From contig OZ245838.1 in NCBI GenBank assembly GCA_965228735.1, positions 2,112,001-2,176,000 on the forward strand: a stretch of 64,000 nt of DNA, in the 5' to 3' direction. A program made the translations under genes and the position numbers. This document shows, one piece after another, positions 63,011-64,000 of this stretch. Source of the stretch: Planctomycetota bacterium. Its GTDB lineage: Bacteria > Planctomycetota > UBA1135 > UBA2386. The notes under the pieces are model-generated. The model was not told the origin of the DNA. It saw only the letters and a list, made by a program, of their open reading frames with translations, and made no database searches. Position 1 is the first letter of the stretch. Every line of letters starts with the position of its first letter.

Positions 63011-64000
63011 ATGCCACTTCTTCGCACCTGCACTCTCGCCACCTCGCTGGCCGCTCTCCTCACCGTTCCCGCCACCGCCCAGGGTGACGAGTGCAGCAAC
63101 GCGCTGCCCGTCACCGTCGGCACGTACGGCCCGTTCGACTCCACGAGCGCGACGACGTCGCAGCCGGCGTGGGGCTGCGCCTCCGGCGGCAACGACCTCT
63201 GGTTCGTCGCGCTCGCGAACGCCAACGGCTCGGCGACGTTCGACACGTGCGGCAGCGGCTTCGACACGTGCATCGAGGTCTTCGACGGCACGGCCGGCTG
63301 CACCAACCTGACGAGCATCGCGTGCAACGACGACTCGTGCGGCACGCGCTCGAGCGCGACCGTTGCGGTCACGGCGGGTCAGCAGCTCTACGTTCGCGTC
63401 GGGGGCTGGAACAGCCGCGCCGGCGCGTTCGTCCTCAACGTCAGCGGCGACATCGGCCCGGAGACGAGCCTCGCGACCGCCCTGGACTACGGCGCCGGCT
63501 GCTACCAGGAACGCGCCACGTTCTACGAGCACATCAACGACCCGGCGAACTTCGACCTGTCGATGTCGTCGTTCACGATGCTGGCCACGGGCACGGGCGG
63601 CTACACGGTCATCGCGGGTATCGCGCCGTTCGTGCAGCCGACGCCGAACGCCGTCAACCTCGGCATGGGCGACGACACGCAGTCGACGCAGACGCTGACG
63701 ACGCCGTTCCCGCACGCGGGCACGACGCTCTCGTCGCTGGTCGTCTACTCCAACGGCTTCGTCGCGACGGGTTCGAGCAACGCGACGCTCGGCACGATCG
63801 TCACCAACAACTTCTTCGACGAGCCCGACGCCGCGTGGCGCAACTGGCACGACTACGATCCGTCGACCGGCGGCCAGGTCACCTTCGAGGAGATCGGCAC
63901 GACGGCCTACTTCACGTGGACCGACGTCCCGGACTGGAACGTGCCGGGCAGCATGAGCACGTTCCAGTTCCAGTTCGACTCGGCGACGGGGAACGTGACC
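63011..64000 (+). CDS. Secreted Cys-containing hypothetical protein, runs off the window end
   Basis: Manual translation: MPLLRTCTLATSLAALLTVPATAQGDECSNALPV...DLWF...FDTCGSGFDT...IACNDDSCG...YVRVGG; appears open to the window end. Confidence 0.8.
   Translation, partial: MPLLRTCTLATSLAALLTVPATAQGDECSNALPVTVGTYGPFDSTSATTSQPAWGCASGGNDLWFVALANANGSATFDTCGSGFDTCIEVFDGTAGCTNLTSIACNDDSCGTRSSATVAVTAGQQLYVRVGGWNSRAGAFVLNVSGDIGPETSLATALDYGAGCYQERATFYEHINDPANFDLSMSSFTMLATGTGGYTVIAGIAPFVQPTPNAVNLGMGDDTQSTQTLTTPFPHAGTTLSSLVVYSNGFVATGSSNATLGTIVTNNFFDEPDAAWRNWHDYDPSTGGQVTFEEIGTTAYFTWTDVPDWNVPGSMSTFQFQFDSATGNVT

Overview
High-GC bacterial chromosomal window. Gene content and style suggest a Planctomycetota lineage (inference from the TPR plus double RpoA-CTD protein, many Ala-Gln-ended signal peptides, DUF1080 and FG-GAP proteins). 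It holds housekeeping genes (uvrB, hslU, glnS, ssb, prmC, prfA, rpmE, maf, rpsP, ffh, thiG, ruvA, larE), the start of a TolC/RND efflux operon, an ECF sigma operon and many secreted hypothetical proteins. Three things are invisible in the ORF track. (1) There are two in-frame UGA selenoprotein candidates: a secreted EF-hand plus deiodinase-like protein (61883-62959) and a small uncalled GGG-U zinc-ribbon protein (22607-22957). Both have a hairpin with the same GGUC apical loop 20-21 nt after the UGA. (2) A complete group II intron (59142-61133) splits a ~115-bp REP/MITE-like inverted-repeat element. Its EBS1/EBS2 are exactly complementary to the conserved core of that repeat, and an intact, empty copy lies at 47146-47261. 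(3) Three unrelated secreted proteins share a C-terminal domain, and two tandem paralogs carry a repeated DVEIAQ motif. All product names come from motif recognition by eye, not from database searches.
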